64,000 nt of DNA from Chlorokybus atmophyticus (Eukaryota > Plantae > Mesostigma and Chlorokybus algae): contig RHPI01002090.1 in the NCBI GenBank assembly GCA_009103225.1, positions 336,370 through 400,369 of the forward strand. The letters are read 5' to 3'. Below are positions 62,891 through 64,000 of this stretch, piece after piece; the first letter of the stretch is position 1; each line of letters opens with the position of its first letter. The position numbers and the translations under genes are program-made. Under the pieces are notes generated by a model. That model was given only the letters and a program-made list of their open reading frames with translations. It did not search any database and had not been told where the DNA came from.

Positions 62891-63250
62891 GAGATGACGT
62901 GGCGTTGTCCGCGGTGTTAGCGCCATGGCGTCCGGCAGCGGTGCCGACTCGGTCGACCAGCTCAACCTGTGGAGAATGTGAAGCATGGTTGTCATGGTCG
63001 TCGTCGTTGATGTCCTTCCGCAGCTTGCTATGTGCCCAAATCGAGCAGCCTTGGCAGCTTGGCACGACAGAGAGGTGCCGTGCAGTCACTCTCAGCGACT
63101 TGTCATGAAGAAGTGACATGAAAGAGATACAGCAAGAAGTCAGGTGCATATGCTCTAACTTGCAAGTGCGCAGCACTAGTAGCTGCGGGCAAGCACTAGT
63201 AGTGCTCTCTAAAGCAGCTTGAGCTACTATTTTGCACAATTGCTACAGTC
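62891..63250 (+). pseudogene. Diverged inverted copy of the EndoV 5' leader, exon 1 and intron-1 start
   Basis: Shares exact blocks GAGATGACGTGGC, CATGGCGTCCGG and CGACCAGCTCAACCTGTGG with 18345-18243 (minus strand). Reads MASGSGADSVDQLNLWR versus [18 protein letters not shown]; patchy similarity continues through intron-1 sequence. Confidence 0.7.
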
Positions 63251-63809
63251 CAACCTCCTTGTAATAACTCGTTCTAAGCACAACCTCGATTGAAGCGCAT
63301 TTTTTGGGGGGAACCAACGTGCACTAGGCACATCACTCTCCTATACAAGCACTATCACACTCAATGTAAGCACCCTCCATAGAAGCCTATTGTAATTACA
63401 AAACGGGTGGCAAAGTAAAAATGCGTTGTATATACCCGGACTGTTATATACATACATTGCTATGTATACATATGTATAACATATACACTACGTGCATGTG
63501 CAAATACATACTTAAGTACACATACACACACGGCGGCGGCCACGATGGCGGTCGAGGGTTTGAGAGCGGCGGCGGGGGGAGTCTACTGGTCGTCCTAGTC
63601 ATCATGGTGGTCATGTGCAAGCCTAACGCTGCTGGCGGTGTGGCAGGTATGACAGCAACTGCGGGTGGTTTTGGGGGCTAGGGGTAGTGGAGTTAGCGTT
63701 GGCATTTAACCTGGCGGTTGTAATAGAATGTTGGGTGTTAATGACTGCGTGCATGCATACTGATCATGCAGCACCATCCTGCGCATGTATGTCCTAGCAC
63801 CCGGTACAC

Positions 63810-64000
63810 ACACACATATGCATACACATATATACATATATATATGTATATATATATATATATATATGTATGTGTGCATGTGCATGTGCATATATGTGTG
63901 TATGTGTGTATATATAATATATATGTACATGTAATGCATTTACATATATATGAATATATGGATATACACACACACACACACATATATATATGTATATATA
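63810..64000. repeat. Compound (TA)n/(TG)n/(CA)n low-complexity microsatellite
   Basis: Directly visible. Confidence 0.9.

Noticed and set aside
1-64000. CRISPR arrays, rRNA, snRNA/snoRNA, selenoprotein recoding and intact transposase or reverse-transcriptase ORFs
   Set aside because: No repeat-spacer periodicity, rRNA or snRNA signature, complete C/D box pair, conserved in-frame TGA or TE domain was seen by eye. An Infernal/Rfam scan would be needed to exclude small ncRNAs.

Overview
Compact, intron-dense eukaryotic nuclear DNA from a green-lineage organism. Plant-type IBR5, CAND2, RCI2/PMP3, plastid PGDH, DUF4079 and UPF0426 genes, telo-boxes and roughly 50% GC suggest an alga; an early-diverging streptophyte is my inference, not a result. 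I reconstructed 22 spliced or single-exon protein genes by hand: RAD50 (partial), STN1, DUF4079, UPF0426, TSEN54, GatC, HRD3/SEL1L, EndoV, SDR, NSE4, G-patch, CAND2/TPRA1, IBR5, FAN1, DmpA-like peptidase, GCIP, two PMP3 copies, a thioredoxin-like protein, PGDH, RBM34, TFIIH p44 and METTL21-like. There is also one tRNA-Glu(CTC). Genes sit in tight head-to-head or tail-to-tail blocks separated by AT-rich spacers. Family assignments come from recalled motifs and exon boundaries from manual splicing; no database search was run. Best leads: (1) an intact UPF0426 ORF nested on the same strand in the last intron of DUF4079, with an in-frame alternative acceptor; (2) GatC and TSEN54, two tRNA-metabolism genes 104 nt apart on one strand (bicistronic or nested candidate), whose upstream presequence-like exon is out of frame with GatC but can splice in frame to TSEN54; (3) a bacterial-type, intron-containing DmpA aminopeptidase; (4) an STN1 retaining a C-terminal winged helix; (5) six genome-maintenance genes in 64 kb; (6) an inverted, diverged copy of EndoV exon 1 about 45 kb away. 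No CRISPR array, rRNA or intact transposon was seen.
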